Source: Lingula anatina (taxonomy: Eukaryota > Animalia > Brachiopoda). From it: a stretch of DNA of 64,000 nucleotides. Made by a program: the position numbers and the translations under genes. This document shows positions 1 through 15,300 of this stretch, piece by piece; the stretch's first letter is position 1; the number at the start of each line of letters is the position of its first letter. Under the pieces are notes generated by a model, which saw only the letters and a program-made list of their open reading frames with translations, was not told where the DNA came from and did not search any database. Location of the stretch: NCBI GenBank assembly GCA_051362555.1, contig CM120643.1:21332848-21396847 (forward strand), in the 5' to 3' direction.

Positions 1-198
1 GAGTTAAAAGTGAGCATCAATTTTGGCCTCTAATATCTGGTCTCCTTTATTAATAAACAGTCAGAAATGTTGCCTCCTAATTATTTTACCTGAAGCAATT
101 TGCTTCCTATTCTATGCTTCAAATTGCCAATGATTATAACCTACAATTTTTTTTGTCCCTCCCCTGGATATCCCAATACTGTCCAATCCTCAACCTAC

Positions 199-3100
199 CT
201 AGCTTGGTCAGCGTCCATAATGGGGGTCACAGACCCGGGTGGGGGTGAGGCAGCCCCACTAGTGGATCCCTTCCTTCCTCCCTTCTTCCCAGCACTGGTC
301 TTTCTCTGTGCCTTCTGGCTCTCGGCTCCAGCCCTGAGTTTTTCAGCCTTGGAGCCCTTGGTGCTCTTGGTGGGAGTTGTGTGGTCTTCCTTGCTCTTGT
401 CTGGGGTCACTGACTTCTCTTCCTCAGGCTCAGGCTCCTTGGGTTTTTCCTCAGAGGCTATGTTACTGGAATACAGATATAAAATACATTAATTTGGTAT
501 CTCGGCCATGGTTAGGTGGTGCTTTAAGTTGATATCAGCCATCAAAATAACAATGAGGTCAGTCTTCTAAAACGCAATGCTTTATGGCAAAAGTCAGGAG
601 ATGGTGGCCCTACACTGGCTGATGATGGAAAGATGAAAATGAATGGCCTTGGTTGAAAAGTCACTGTATGGTAGTTAAAAAGACATGAACTAGAGCTTTT
701 CATACTGACCCAAACAGGCACCAATAACTCAAAATTATAATTTTATTACAAACAAGTGCCTAATGAAACTACATTTGTAACTTACTGATTATCAAATAGG
801 GGACAGATGCTTCAAATGATTCTTGATCACATCTACATCTCCAGTTTTGGAAAAAGTGTGACAGTCACTAAGTCACTGAGTAACTTTGAAATAATAGTCT
901 CAGTAGTGCAATAAAAGTTTTACTTACGGATCATCAGCAGATGCAGCTACAAAGACATAGTGGCTGCTGGGCTCTGTGTCTCCTGGGGCACGTCTCTTTA
1001 CTGGATATGGCACCACAGCAAATTCTGCTGGGGGTGGCACTGGGGGTCCATTAGGTCCCAGGCCTAACCCATCCAGGATCTATCACAAAAATTATAATGG
1101 TCAACCATACATATATACTTGCCACTATGCAGAAAAATTACTGTTAAAAAGCATCACTTTATTTGATAAACTTCTCAATTTAGAACAAAGGGTATATCCA
1201 CCATCTTATAATTCTAGCAGTCATCCTAAACTGCCCTGCCCCAAAACAACAGCAACATACTCCAAAGAACCCTGTCCTTCCTTCTGCATACTATCCCAAT
1301 TATATCCCTCTACACCCCCCCTCCAACCCATCCCTACACATCCCTGTGTCCTACATAACTCTAGCACCACTACAATGGCTCTTTGTACATCGTCCAAAGT
1401 GCCCTCCTCCACTACATTGCCTTAATTTTACCTTCTTTCCCATACTACCCCCATCCCCACACTACCCTGTCCCCTATACTGCCCACCCCTACCACCTCTC
1501 CCCCACCCCCAACACACTCTGCCCACTATACTGCCACTCCCCCAATCCCTAAACACCCCCGTCCCTCTCTCCATCCACGCACCTCTTGCACAGTGGGCAG
1601 TTTCTTGTTCTCCAGTATCTGTGGCCCAGGCTGGTCTATGTCTGTACAGTCCAGGAGGATGTGGGGGATACCAATGCCATCAAGACGGGGTTTCTCAGGC
1701 TCTGGCTCTGCAGCTTCTTCACCTTCTTCTGTCTCAGCAGCCTGTGAAAGGAAGCATATACATGTTATTACATTATCATTATTATGATCATTATTTTCTA
1801 TTATTTCTATTCTCTTTTTTTATTTGGCAAGGAGGTACAGAGAGTGATTGTTCAGTAACTTTGTCATTCTTACCTCTTTTGCACTCTTCTCTGCTTCACT
1901 TTTGTCTTCTTTGTGACCCTTCCCTTTCTCCTTGTCATGCTTATCCTTATCTGCAATAATGGATAAAAAATTAAATAATAAATGTCAATGATTAAGAATA
2001 AAAACGAATTTACTTAATTTTTTTCTGTGTTCTAGAAATAAAATTGATTCAGTATCCCTACCTCCTTTCTCCTTGTCCATCTTCTTGCCTTTCTTCCCAG
2101 ACGGTGGGTGAATCACAGATTCCTCAGCCATATCAGATTTATCAGAGGGCGTACCAGGACGGTGCTTATCCAAGATAGTCCTATCCCACAGCTCAATAAT
2201 TTCTCCAATGTCTTTCTGAGTGTGTTCAAATGATTTGAATCTAATAAAAAAAATTAATAAAATAAAACTATTTAGTGCCATGTGGTTAACTTTTTTCCTC
2301 ATTTATTTATTTTTATTTTTATTTATTTACTTTTTGCCTTTTTTTTCAAAATTGCATCATGCAAACAGTCTATTACATGAAGTCTATGCAAACAGTCTAT
2401 TCTCCATTTATTTTTTCAAAGGTAGCCAGATGAATTTTAGTATCTGTAGACTCCTAAATGTATGTAACAAAAAAAAAAAAAAATCCTAACTTTTTCAAAA
2501 CCACAGTCTGGAAAATACAATGATAGTACACAGTGTTTGCCTCTTAGGAAAATTAGTTGCTGGACCGAAAGTCCAGCCATCTTGAAAAGTAGCTGGACTG
2601 AATGTCTGCCGGGTGGGAAAACTTCTCAGCCTGTTCTGAAAGTTGTCAGCCCTAGGTAGACAGTCTAGCCTTAATTTCTTACACTGATAGTACAGATACT
2701 CTGACATTATTATCATTTTTGGGAATAGTAATCAAATAATCTTAAAATTTTCTTTAAATGAGCATACTTCTGCATAAGGAGTATCTCAGCTTCACTCTTC
2801 TGTTCCTTCGGAGGCTCCTCAGGTGGCAAGTTCTCTTTCTCCGTTGAAACAGGTCGCTTGCCTTCCTTGCTGCCTTTGTGTTTTTTCCTACATGGGTAAA
2901 AAAAATATGTTCACAATTATGATAAGCTATGTAAACTCATTTCTTCATATGATAATAAAATGCTGCAACCGCTCTTAAGTTGCATCTGCCTCTAGAACAG
3001 AGAGCTGGAATTTTTAAAGCATCTCCTCAGGTCCTCAAGTGACAAAACATCTTTTTTTGTGCCTCTCATGATAAACACTTTCATCTTACAACCCATTACA

Positions 3101-6100
3101 AGAAAGTTTCTAAATGTGACAATCTACTCAATCATGTGCTAATATTAGAACAGAACTACTGAATATCATTGTAAATTATCTACTTCTATAATACATCAAT
3201 ATATAATTTAAACAAATAAATTACTAATACTAAGAAGCATGCTATACATGTACCAATGGAACAGTAACTGTTGCTCTCCTTTGTTATCATATATCAGAAC
3301 ATACCACAATGCTATTTTTCTTTACAGTGAATTTCAGGAAATCAATATGATACAAAGGCAACCATTTTTTCATACTTCTCAGTATACTGTACACAACTCT
3401 GATATTAACCATATTCAAACTCAATTCATTTCACCTCATAAGTGTTTCAAGTGTTAAGATTATAAAACCTTAAATCAATTAAATAAGACTGCATTCCCAC
3501 AGATTTTAGATCGATCTATCCCTGTTGGGAGTCTCACTAGATTACTGTCAGCTTAGCTGGCTTAAATGTCTGTCCTGCCTACTAAAAGCTGTAAGGGGGT
3601 AATTAACTTCCGTGTGCGCTCGGCTGACAGCAATTAAGCGTGAACCCCCAGAGAGTTAGGTCGATTCAGAGGGATCGATCTAAATCTGTGGGAATGCAGT
3701 CTCAGATTCCACTATCACATTCTCACTGCCTAGTAGCAGCAAATATCTTAAAGATCTTCAAACAGACCAAAACAAGTTCTGAACAGGAAATAATGATGTC
3801 TAGGCAGTCAGGTGGAATGCTGCTGGACTGGCAACTTCCTAACAGTTAAGATATCATTTAAACTGATTCAGAACTTGTCTCGTTCTTAGTCTGTACAAGT
3901 TAGTAGCTAGTATATGCAGCTGTGTATCAAAGTGCTCTCTAATAAGCCACATCCTCATCATACTCCACACCATACAAGTATCATGCATTGTTAAATATTA
4001 AAAACACATTAGTTTAACAATGATAGTGATACAGAGAAACCCATATAATAGTGACATGACTTTCTGTTATTAAATTTATTTAATATTACACCATTTATAT
4101 TCAAGTACTGCACAATTACAGACTGTGCAGTACAATTACAGACTGTAAAGACAACACTATGGTATACTAATAATTATGGAAAAAAAAACTGTCTGGAAAG
4201 TTTATTGTAATTTGTGATTACATATTATGGATCAGGTCACTATTATTGGGAGTTAACAAACTGTTTCAAAATTCTTAGTTTCAAGCTCCATTTCCTTAAA
4301 TGTTCAAATGTCACTGAATGAGAAAAATAAATTCAAACTAAATGCAATTCTAATAGAAAAAAAAACAAGCAAAAGACTTTTAATAAAGGGTAATGACATT
4401 TAGATCTGGGCAAAGAAAATAACAATGAGATAAAAAAGCCAAAAAGTTTGAATCATGAAATGATGATTAAAAAAAGAAATATAATTTGTAGGCATTTAAC
4501 TTCCTACCAAAAAAGGAAGTAAGAAAGAGGGTAAATTACAAAAAAAAAAAAAGGATAAATTTTGTTATCAACATCATTTAAAATGCAAAATGGAAAAACA
4601 GTTGATAAACAAACAAGAAATTTGGCAGAAAATACTGGAAAATCTAGGTAAAATGTCTAAGAGAAAAAAAAGAGAAATTAAAGAAAAGACTCCACCAACC
4701 AAATGATCTTCAGATGAGAAGAAATGGATCATTTAAATGTATCAAGAAGTCCTCAAGGACACCCAAGACCAGCAATTATTAATTTTGTAAAGAAAACTCA
4801 TCTAGTTGGTCATACTAATAATGCTATGGGCATATACTGAATACAAGAGAATTGAATGGGAATATAGAGGTGCTACGTTTACCCTATCATGTGCTTCATA
4901 ATGAGTGCTATTCCTGAGCTCATTCTATGATTAGTGGGACTAAATGTGAGAAATACAACATGTATTATACATATATTAATCAACATATTAATCACATTGT
5001 TTTACTTAAAAGCAAAACATACAGGTTATTTGATATTGATTTTATTACAAATACTGAACAACTGTAATGGTAGAGATAAGTATTAGTCAATTTAAATTCA
5101 GAATCTTTACACTTTCTTTAACCCAATGAATTGGGTTGTTTAATAAAATTTTCAAAAGTATACCTAATTTGTCAATATTTAGCACTATCTTCAGCCAAAC
5201 TTTTTGCTATTCTAAGACTTGGCTAAAAGAGTTGCATCTTTGTATTAATTCTCTACCATTTCAGTCTCCCAAATCAATATAATTATATTTACTAAATTTT
5301 GTTAATTTTCAACTAATTACAACATCAAAGTTATGATTAGATGACACTTTCATCCTTATTCGTCAACTTTAGTTTGTTAAGCTTCAACTTTATTGAAAAG
5401 AAACTGAATTTTTAACAAATGGCATCAACAGCACAGTTATACACAATGTACAAAACAATCAACATCAAGGGGCAACAAAAACATCAACAAAATCTCAGTA
5501 CTGTTATAATATTAGGGTACAATTTCCACTGAAAATAAGAAAAAAATTACAACAAATGAAAGCTGATGCGCATGCAGTGTAGTGTTGGCATAACAACCAA
5601 AATCAACCAATTGAATTTTGTCACCAGAGGGAGCTACTCTACCTGCCAGATGGAGGGTTGAGGCTACAGACACAAGAAGGGAACAACAATATAACAATGA
5701 TACCATCCACAGTCACCATGAATCATAAAAAATAAGAGCTAGAAAAAAGTCTTACTGTGCCTTACTGTACAGGTATATTTAAAAGGGAACCTTCAAAATT
5801 GCTCCTTGAAATATTTTGTCTCATTTTCCTTATATTTTTGAATAATAATGAGGTAAATGAGTATGTCTGTACAGATTTCTATTCTTTACTATTCATCAGG
5901 AGCAAAATGTGTCATGATGATATGCCAATGACAGATTCAGGTGTTAAGTTTTCCAAAGCAAATAAAATACCCCTTGTTTATTACAAAATTGCCCTGTGTT
6001 GAAAATATTGCTAACCACCCAAAAAGCCAAGATCACCTTTATCTGCCCTAGTACAAGTACATTTTATGTCCAAGGAATAATCTATTCAAAGAATTATATG

Positions 6101-6294
6101 AGTTTTAAGTTCAAGCCAGATGCTGACCAAACAGTATGAATACATATATGTGAGCAGCATATCTATGAAGTTTCTAAGGTAAGTCATATCAACTTAAACT
6201 AAACTATGGGTAAATAGGTAAATTGCTAGCTACAGAATACAGTGAACATACAATACCAGATAATATATAAATATTAACTTTTTTGTCTTTTGCA

Positions 6295-6357
<63 letters not shown>

Positions 6358-9300
6358 ATATGCTTATTTAGAAAGTGTACACTTTCAGTATTCACCAAAA
6401 AAGAAAAAAAAAGATTTTCAGAAGTCTAAAATTCTATTACAAAATACCTTTGAGAAACCCCATTTGTATAACTGTTAATACTAGAACATAAAGCTAAACA
6501 TCCCAAACTTACTTGGCATCCTCATCACTATGCATGGTTTGGTGAGATTCTGGACGCTCCATTCCAGCTGCGCCTTTAGGTAGACCATGCTCACTCTCAT
6601 GTGCCTTGCCACCTTGTTTCTGTACAGACATCCTGCTACTGGCAGGCTCTGCTTTGCCAGGGGGTTTCTTCCCTGCTGCACCCTTCTCTTCCTTGGCATC
6701 CCCCTTCTTTGGTTTCTTCTTCTGAAGCCTGAAAATAAAATGTGTTTTCACTGAAAAGACAGTCTGGACTCAACTTTAAAATGTGTTATCAGTGTAAATG
6801 TTGAATATGTTTACATCCTTTGTTTAAGAGTCTTTTCCCCTGTTACATAAACTTATAGACTCTGTTAATAAAATAATGTTATCAACGAGTTCTCTGAAAC
6901 TTAAAATGGAAATTCCTCTGAAATAACTCATGTATCATGAAATTTTAAAACAAAATACATCGAAAGTGTATTTCTATGATACAACTGAATGTTGTAATAT
7001 GATGTAATAGAATATCTCATAAAAAACAGAAACAATAGATTTTACTTTTCCTCCTCCAGTCTGCGCAACTCAGCTTCCCTGGCTTCACGTTCACGTCGCT
7101 CTCGCTCAGCTTTTTCTTCTTGCTCTCTGAAATACAATTCATACATTGAAAAGAATTCAACTTTACACATTTTGGTAGACTTGAAAAAGATAAACTAATG
7201 TAATGTCAATAAAGAGTCTGAATAATAGCAATGACATTCTTCATTATTAAAGAATTACTGAACAATTTAACATATCTTATTCAATGCATTATACAGATAA
7301 ATTTAGACTTTTTCCTGATAGTTGCTATCTAAAAATTAAAAGTATTATCATAAAGCAAAACAATGATCATCTCCTCACCTCTTAATCCTTTCTTTCTTAA
7401 TCTCCAACCTCTTCCTGTCTACCTCAGCTTTCTCAGAATCAGTCAGGGCATCATATTCATCCTCTGACATTTCCTCAAGGCGTCGTCTCTCTGCTTCCTC
7501 TTTCTCCTTTTCCATACGCTCTGAGATTTTCAAAGGGGGCGTTTTCAAATAAATAAGTGTATTTCAAAGAACTTGATCTCAGTTGACAATGTTGTAAATT
7601 TAATGTCAATTTCTTTTGGGGGGTGAGTATAAGGAAAAGAAATAAATATCAAAATCTACGTTTACTCAACAGAATTTCATATAAGGTAAACAGTTACAAT
7701 TTAAAAGTATGATGCCAATACCATCATGGCAATAAATATGTACAGTAAGCAAATCATTATTTTAATATTACCAACTTTTTACAAAAAAAAAAAAATACAA
7801 AATTGCATGCTATTTTTTCAGCCTCCTTTCAGCAAAAAGCAACCCTAATCATATGAACTACCAACCTTTCTCCTCCTGTTCTTTCTTCTCTCTCTCCTTC
7901 AAGGTGTCATAGCTGAGCTTCAGGGTGACAAAGTACAGGTACTTTCTGTTGTTGAGAGCCTTGAGGAGGGCATAGAGAGCATTGACCATGTTAGCACTGA
8001 ACAGTGTGTCCAGCCCATCAAACACCACGCCACGGTGACAGTCATTCAGCTGGAAAAATAGGACAGAATATACATAATTATGGTTAAATCATTTGCCACA
8101 GACTGTGGTTTTAAGGACGGAGAGGGAAAAGACGTAAGTGGAGCACAACCTTTTCAGTTTGGAGTTGGGGTTGGAGGGAGGGGGGGGGGGGGGGGGGGGG
8201 GGGGGGCTGATAACTTTCACAAGCCCCAATTTACCAAACAAAATTGATCTGGTTAAAGGGGTTTAGGTGGTTCAAACGTAACAGCCAGGCTATTAAGTTG
8301 TCAATCTCTTAGACTGGTGGGATCATACAGAAAACTGTACCACTCAATGTGCAAAAAGGCCTAAATCTTAAAACCCCAGTGACACTCACCTGTAGCCTCT
8401 CTGCCAGTATGTCTACCAGCAGTTCCTCAGGTAGCACACAGCTCATGAGACCACCCTCTCCTGCCACGCTGGCACTCACACTGAGACGGCGAGCTATTGG
8501 GGCTGCCAGTGGGGGTGGACTGCTGGGGACCTGGGAGGAAAAAAGACATAAACAATGTGTAACAAGCTTCTTGAATAATTTTAGTTCCCTAAATATTAAA
8601 GTATAATTTGAAGTGATTCTGAACTGTGAAATTGTGTTCTGAAAATGTTGATGTGATTAGGTAGCTTTTTTACCAGGTTTTTATCATTCAGGAGTTTTTT
8701 GTATAAATTGAAAGTTGTACATTTTTTTTAAATGTCAGATTATATATCAAATCTGTAAACTGTCAAGCAACACAATAAGTCCGATTCACCTGAATACACT
8801 GCAAACAACAGTGGAAAAAGAAAACTACTTGCAAAATATAACACCCAAGATTATGTAGCACTCTCTTTTATAAACATGCCACAAACATGAGTGTGTATAA
8901 AAACCATTGCACTGTCTCAATCTTCATCACAAACAATATATATGCCTGGTTAGATTTCATTTCATTTATCTTTTAATCTTATTAGGTTTAAATAGTTCAA
9001 TCGTGCTAAAAAAAATAACACCAATTTCGAAGTTACTGATCAAACTTTTACACTCCTGCTATTAGCCAAAAATATGTTACATAGTTAATCTCTCTCTTTT
9101 TTTTTCGTCTTGAATATAAACAAACAACATAGAAACACATCTACACAACTGAGTTAGTAAATTACAGGGTACTTCTAGCATGTAATCTATTATGATATAA
9201 TTTGCTTTTGAAATTACTTTTAATGACTAAATCAACCCTTTTTTCTAATGCTAAAATTATAATGAGTCATGTTTTAAGTTGCTCCAAAGCAGAAATGGGC

Positions 9301-12300
9301 TCTTAAAAATCTATTTTTTTATTAGTGTAAACCTATGAATATGGCTAGGCAGCAAACAAAGCATTATGTTATTCAAATGTAAAATTTCAAATATAAAAAC
9401 ATTAATGTTACAGTAAGGATAAAAGTGGAAAGAAAACTCCATATGTAAAAAAAAAAAAAGACAAGAAAAGACTACTTTGATCAATGGAGTTGCCAGATAA
9501 AATGAATTTTGTCTGCTGCCTAACAATATATTAATGAGTACAACAGCAAATGGTGTGCGTTTTCAAGCAAGTGCTGCCACTAGAGGGCACCTGTGATGCA
9601 TCTTCTTCCTGTGCGGCGGCAGCAGCACCTCGTCCTCGCTGAATTTTGGCATTATCAGACTTCAAGAAAGAAACCCAAACAACTTTAAATATTAACTAAC
9701 AGAAAAACAATGAACACTGCAACATATAAAAAGCTTTTAAGTGACTCAAAAAGATTAAAGTGAGGGTGGGTAGGGTCTTATAAGCAATTAATTAACATAA
9801 AGGTGCTGCAATAAATAAAAATTCATAACGTTCAAAGATTCAACTATATATAAAACATCTATCAGCAACATAATCAGCAGCAATCTTAACATAAAAAAGC
9901 AATTAAAACACTGAATACACAAGCAACATAAAGCAATTGCCATAAAATAAACATAATCCAACTAAAATTTCCTACAGACAAAGCAGGGTGGGTAGCATGG
10001 CAGTGCAGTAACCATATGCTCCAAAGTTCACAACAAATAGTTGATTCTTTTCTAAATCAGAATTCTTAGTTCCAATTTAATGTTAATAAGTCTTCCACTT
10101 TTAAAAATATTAGGAGTCTCAGACTTGGATTCAATTTGAAATCAATTCTTTCCTTCCTTCAATTACTGTGTATCATGGAAATTTCATGAAAATTTGTGTC
10201 AAAAAACTTTTTGCGATGCCTTGTCCACTAAGAAGAAACAAATCAATGTTGTGTCATTGCTGGAAGCTAGTTCTGACTTGAAAATCACCGATTCATAATG
10301 AACTTTGGAAAACAAGGCTAAGAGTTCCAAACACAAAGAGTTTGGGGGGTGGGAGGTGAGGGGGCACATAAACCAACACAAACCAACCTTGTGCCCGTGC
10401 TTATGGTGCGAGAAGTATTGCGATCTATGTGTATCTAATGCAGCATTGGAATGAAGCATACTCTCCTGGGAATGCCACTAGCAGACAGAAGGCAAAATTT
10501 ATCAAACAGACTAGCAAAAAAAGTGACAGAGAGCCTGTGCTTTTGAAACATAACAATAAAGGTGCTTAAGAATGCTACAAGCTTAATAAAAATAATGTCC
10601 ACTTTAATCAAAATCAATCAATTTGCATCTTTGATAAATATCATGATGGTTGTTCAATTTCTCAGTTTAGTTTGATTTGACAGATATGCACAAACACCTG
10701 GTAGGCATATCATGTTGCTAGTAACTTTATCTCAGATGCAAACTGTCAACTCTTCATTTTTTAACTTTTTTTATCAAAAATAGGTCTTATACAAACATAC
10801 AAAAAGAAAGTTACCCTGTCAAAAAATATCCTACAAAAAGCAATGCATTGCTTCTAAGCTTTAAAGCATCATACTGCAATTATACACTGTGCATTGAAGA
10901 AAACCAATATTTACAGATCCACAACTATGAAGAGTCATGCCACACATAAAGTGCTATGAGAGTGAACATCCTTTTGTGCTGATATTGTAAATAATATCCA
11001 CATGCAGAGTGCAGCCTACATGACATAGACATGGCTGTAATAAGAGAAGTGTGCCCCTACCTGACTCGTGCCATCCACGGAGGAGGCAGCTATTCCTGCC
11101 TTAATCTTCTCCTTGCCTCCTTTATGATCAGCAACTGTGCTGGTCTTACGGTTGGAGATGATACTTGGAGCGTGGGCTGCAGCAGGACCTGTGGTGTAAA
11201 AAAAGTAGTTATAAAAATATTATTTAAAGAAAGTGTACATAAAAAAAATACAGCAAGTTCTGATATTAAGATGTAGACATTTGTGTGGGTACATAGGTAG
11301 GTGTATGTGTGCAGGTGGAAGTTTTTGAACATGAAAACACTCAATAACTGTCATCTGAAAACAGATTTTTAGATTTCATCTAAATTTTTTCTAGAAAAAA
11401 ATTTCAACTTCAATAAAATACACACATAATACATATACATAATACACACATTATATCATAACAGTCCAATCCTTATGCTCACCTGTTCCTTGCGTGTGAG
11501 CAGCCACTGCTTCAGCTGTTAGTCCACCAGCTTTGATTTTCTCTCCTTCCTCACCCATCCCCTCTGCAAGCTTTTCAAGTTCTGCCTGTTTGCGTGCTGC
11601 CTCAGCACACATCTCGCGTGCACGCAGACCTGCGGGTGTGGAGCCATTAGAAATGGCCTCTAATATGACACCATCTAGTGTCAGTAATGCTGCCTCGTAG
11701 TGCTTGGCTAGGGCTACGGCACTGGAGGTTTTGCCTGCAAATACACATGGAGTTACATACTTCAGTTGTTCTAGGAAGCTATACAAGAATAATAACTTTA
11801 TTAGCTATTGTCATTAATATAAACCAGTAACTTATCTGAAACTGATGCAGTAATCTGGCTGAATTGATGAGAATTACATAGACTAGCCCTTTCATGTATA
11901 TCTTTACAGATAATTGTCTTGCCATAGAGAAATAAACACCAACTGGCAGGTATTTTTCATTATTTCAGTTTCATTATATACACAAAATTATGAAAGTAAT
12001 CAAAATATTGTATGCAAATCACTAAAATAACAAGTCTCTTCATGGTAATATGAAAATCCTTGAAATTCATGAATGCTTGCTTCGTTCCTACTTACCAGCC
12101 ATAGGAGCTCCGTGAACAATAAATGCCACTCCTCTGCGGTTCCTTGCAGCTTTACCCTCCTGTGTCAAGTCAATTCCAAGATGGCGGGCAATGGCGGCTG
12201 ATACTGGCGTTATCTCCAGCTCACCTACACCTGCACTGCCAATGGACTCTCCAGGCTTGTCTGGAATTTAATCAATGTTATTACACATTTTGTAAAAAAA

Positions 12301-15300
12301 AAAAAAAAAAAAAAACTGACTTGTATTATTATCAGAATACTGCAAAATATATCTCCAGTCTGTGGTTGAATATTGAATAATCATCAATATATATAAGGAT
12401 CATCATAATAATTATTATTATTTCAATGTCACAAATAGCATACTAATACATGTATATACGGCATAAGAATGACCTCACAGGGGAGGCAAATAAAAACACA
12501 TCAAATCCCCTTTCCTGTGGGGGAGACAAAAAATAAAATGAATTAAGTACCTTCTTCTTGCTCTTCCTCTTTATCTTCCTTCTCTTCATCCTCTCCACTG
12601 CCCTCCTTCATTTCTTCTCCTTTGGATGCATCAGCAGTACCAGTACGGGACGGAGCAGTCCTGGCAATCTGAGGAATATCCAGCTTGGGGGTCTCTGGTT
12701 CTCCATTTTCTCCTTCAGCTTTCTCCTCCCCTTCCTCTGCTGCAGCTTCTGATTTAGAAATGATAAAATAACATTCATATGATCACATTCCGTCACCTGC
12801 CTTTTATAAAATGAAAATTATTTACATTCCATTTGTCCTGAGTTGCCACATATTTTACATTTTCTTTTGCATAACAGATTTTATTCCAAATTTTGCATCT
12901 TTTCATTATCATCCTGGTAATTGTCTTAAATTCTATTTTAAGTATTCACTCAGTTCTTGATCTTTTCAATGACATCACTGGCATCTTACCTCTCTCTTCC
13001 TGCTCTTTTCTGCTTGCCTCTGCAGCTTCCTCCTTCTCTCTTTTCTTGCGCTCCACCTCTTCTAGCTTCTTCATTTGGTCTGAAATGTCAGTTGTGTTAT
13101 CAGGTTCAAACTGTTTCTATATAAATCATATAAATTAATAGGAATAGGAATATTATTTTGTGGGGTCTCTCTACTATCCCATCCTCCATAAAATCTAATA
13201 AAATCAAAATTGTTTTATGACTAATAGCCCATCAAATCAGACCCTAAAACTTAATAAACTAAGTCTTAAAGTAATTGTTATCATTTATTTGTATTGCAAC
13301 TAAACGCAGTTGCAATACAAATAAACACTAAATGCTGGGGACAATGCAATAAAATCATTATAAAAAAAAAAAAAACTTTTCAGACAATTAGAGAAATGTA
13401 AGAAGTATGTATAAATTAAATATTAATAAAAGTATCAAATAAAGTTATATTAGATAAGGAGTAATTGGGAATCATTAAACTTAAATAATAGAAAATAACA
13501 TTGAGTATCAGTGGACTTACCTTCATAATACTCCAGTAGTTCTGCTGGTAATTTCTCTGAGGGACCTCTTGGTGGTAGGAGAATTGTGTTGTACTCATCA
13601 TATCCTTTCATAAGCCTCAGGACCTAATCAAAACAAAAAATATGTGCAAATTGTCTGCTTAGTTCATAGAAAGCAGACTGTGAACATTTACTGAGAAAAA
13701 TACAGCTTCTGTAGTTTTCTCCATGTTTCAGAAAGTGGACATTTCATCAGTGTAAACAGATTGTAACTGTGACTGTTATGTGAATTATTTTCATAGAATA
13801 TGGCAATAAACCATACATGTCAAGGTCCACCCTTGGTTAATAAATTATTCTGCCAAATGGTATAGATAAATTACTTGCTGAACAAAACAAGAATTAGCTA
13901 TTTTTCACTAGTTTAACAAAAAGATTACAGAAACACAAACACACAGATACACAAAAACAAACAAACAGACAAACAAACAAATACCTTCTCTTCTTCAAGA
14001 TATGTCTTGTCAAACTCCAGGTTATAAATCTCTATAGGGAACTGACATGGGTTTCTGACCACCACCTCTCTCTCGTCCCCAGGACTGTGGGGCAGAATGG
14101 GGCCAAACTCCATCAGGGTCTTCTCAAAGTCCAGCCTGGGCTCCAGACCATTCCCCCTGGCCAGGACCAGCAGACGCTGACTACTCTGAGCTATACGGAT
14201 AGGAACCCTGTATTCATAGTATTTCTGAAATAATGGGAAATAAAAATGTTTATTTTTTGACATTGTATTTTAATGTCATTTAAATACCTTTTAGAATTAA
14301 GGCATATTTTGGTAATTATAACAGTTGACCATTATTATTAAATAATATTAAATTTATTATTTATATTATTATTAATATTTATTATTATTATTATTATTAT
14401 CATCAACCTGAAGTAAAAATTATTTAAAGGAGTTAATAATCATTTACTCAAATTACCACATTACTACATAAAATGAATAACATAATTAAACATAGTAATA
14501 TATGATATTACCTCTTCCGTGGGCATAAACTTGACCTGCACATTGAGTCTCTGTCCTGGCATGAGCACCCCCATTGGGGGCATCACTTCAAATGTGCGTG
14601 GCTTGGCTTTCTCCTGACGCATCTTGCGACGCAGGTGCATGGGAATGTGCTTGTCCTGAAAGGTTGAAAAAAAATGAAAATACAAATACTTGGATCTGTT
14701 TAAATAAATTTTCAAAAACAAATGTCTGTCAAGTCTCAAATAAGATAAGAAAATAAAATAGTTGAGAGATTGTGATCATAAATGAGATTTTAAAAAATCA
14801 AAGCTATAAATAAAAGTATAATGATCATTTTTAAGCATTTGTGCCTAGTAACAGTGGTTTTGTATTTAACTGTTGAGGTATTTGCCCCCCCCCCTCCTTT
14901 CCCCTTTGATAGAAAAAAAGGAAACTAGTCTCATTGGCAAGTGTCTTATCTCTATCCACACAGAACCAACAAATCTCACCTTTTTCTTGTCTTTCTCCAG
15001 TGGCAGAGAATTCCACTCACAACGTACAAACTTGTGGTTGTACAGCTGGATGGTGATGATCTTACACTCACCACACTTGACCTCCCCAAACTCCAGGGTG
15101 TCCGCAGACACTGTCATCTCAGGCATTGTCACGTTGGCGTGCAGACGCACATTGATCTGGGGACCATTCACAATCTGTGGAGAGACAGAGGAAAATAAAT
15201 TAATTAAAATTTCTTATCAAACAAACACTAAATAATAGGTTTTTAAACAAAACCAAAATGATTTGCTTCTACTTTTTTGTAAAAAAAGAATTTGAAACTT

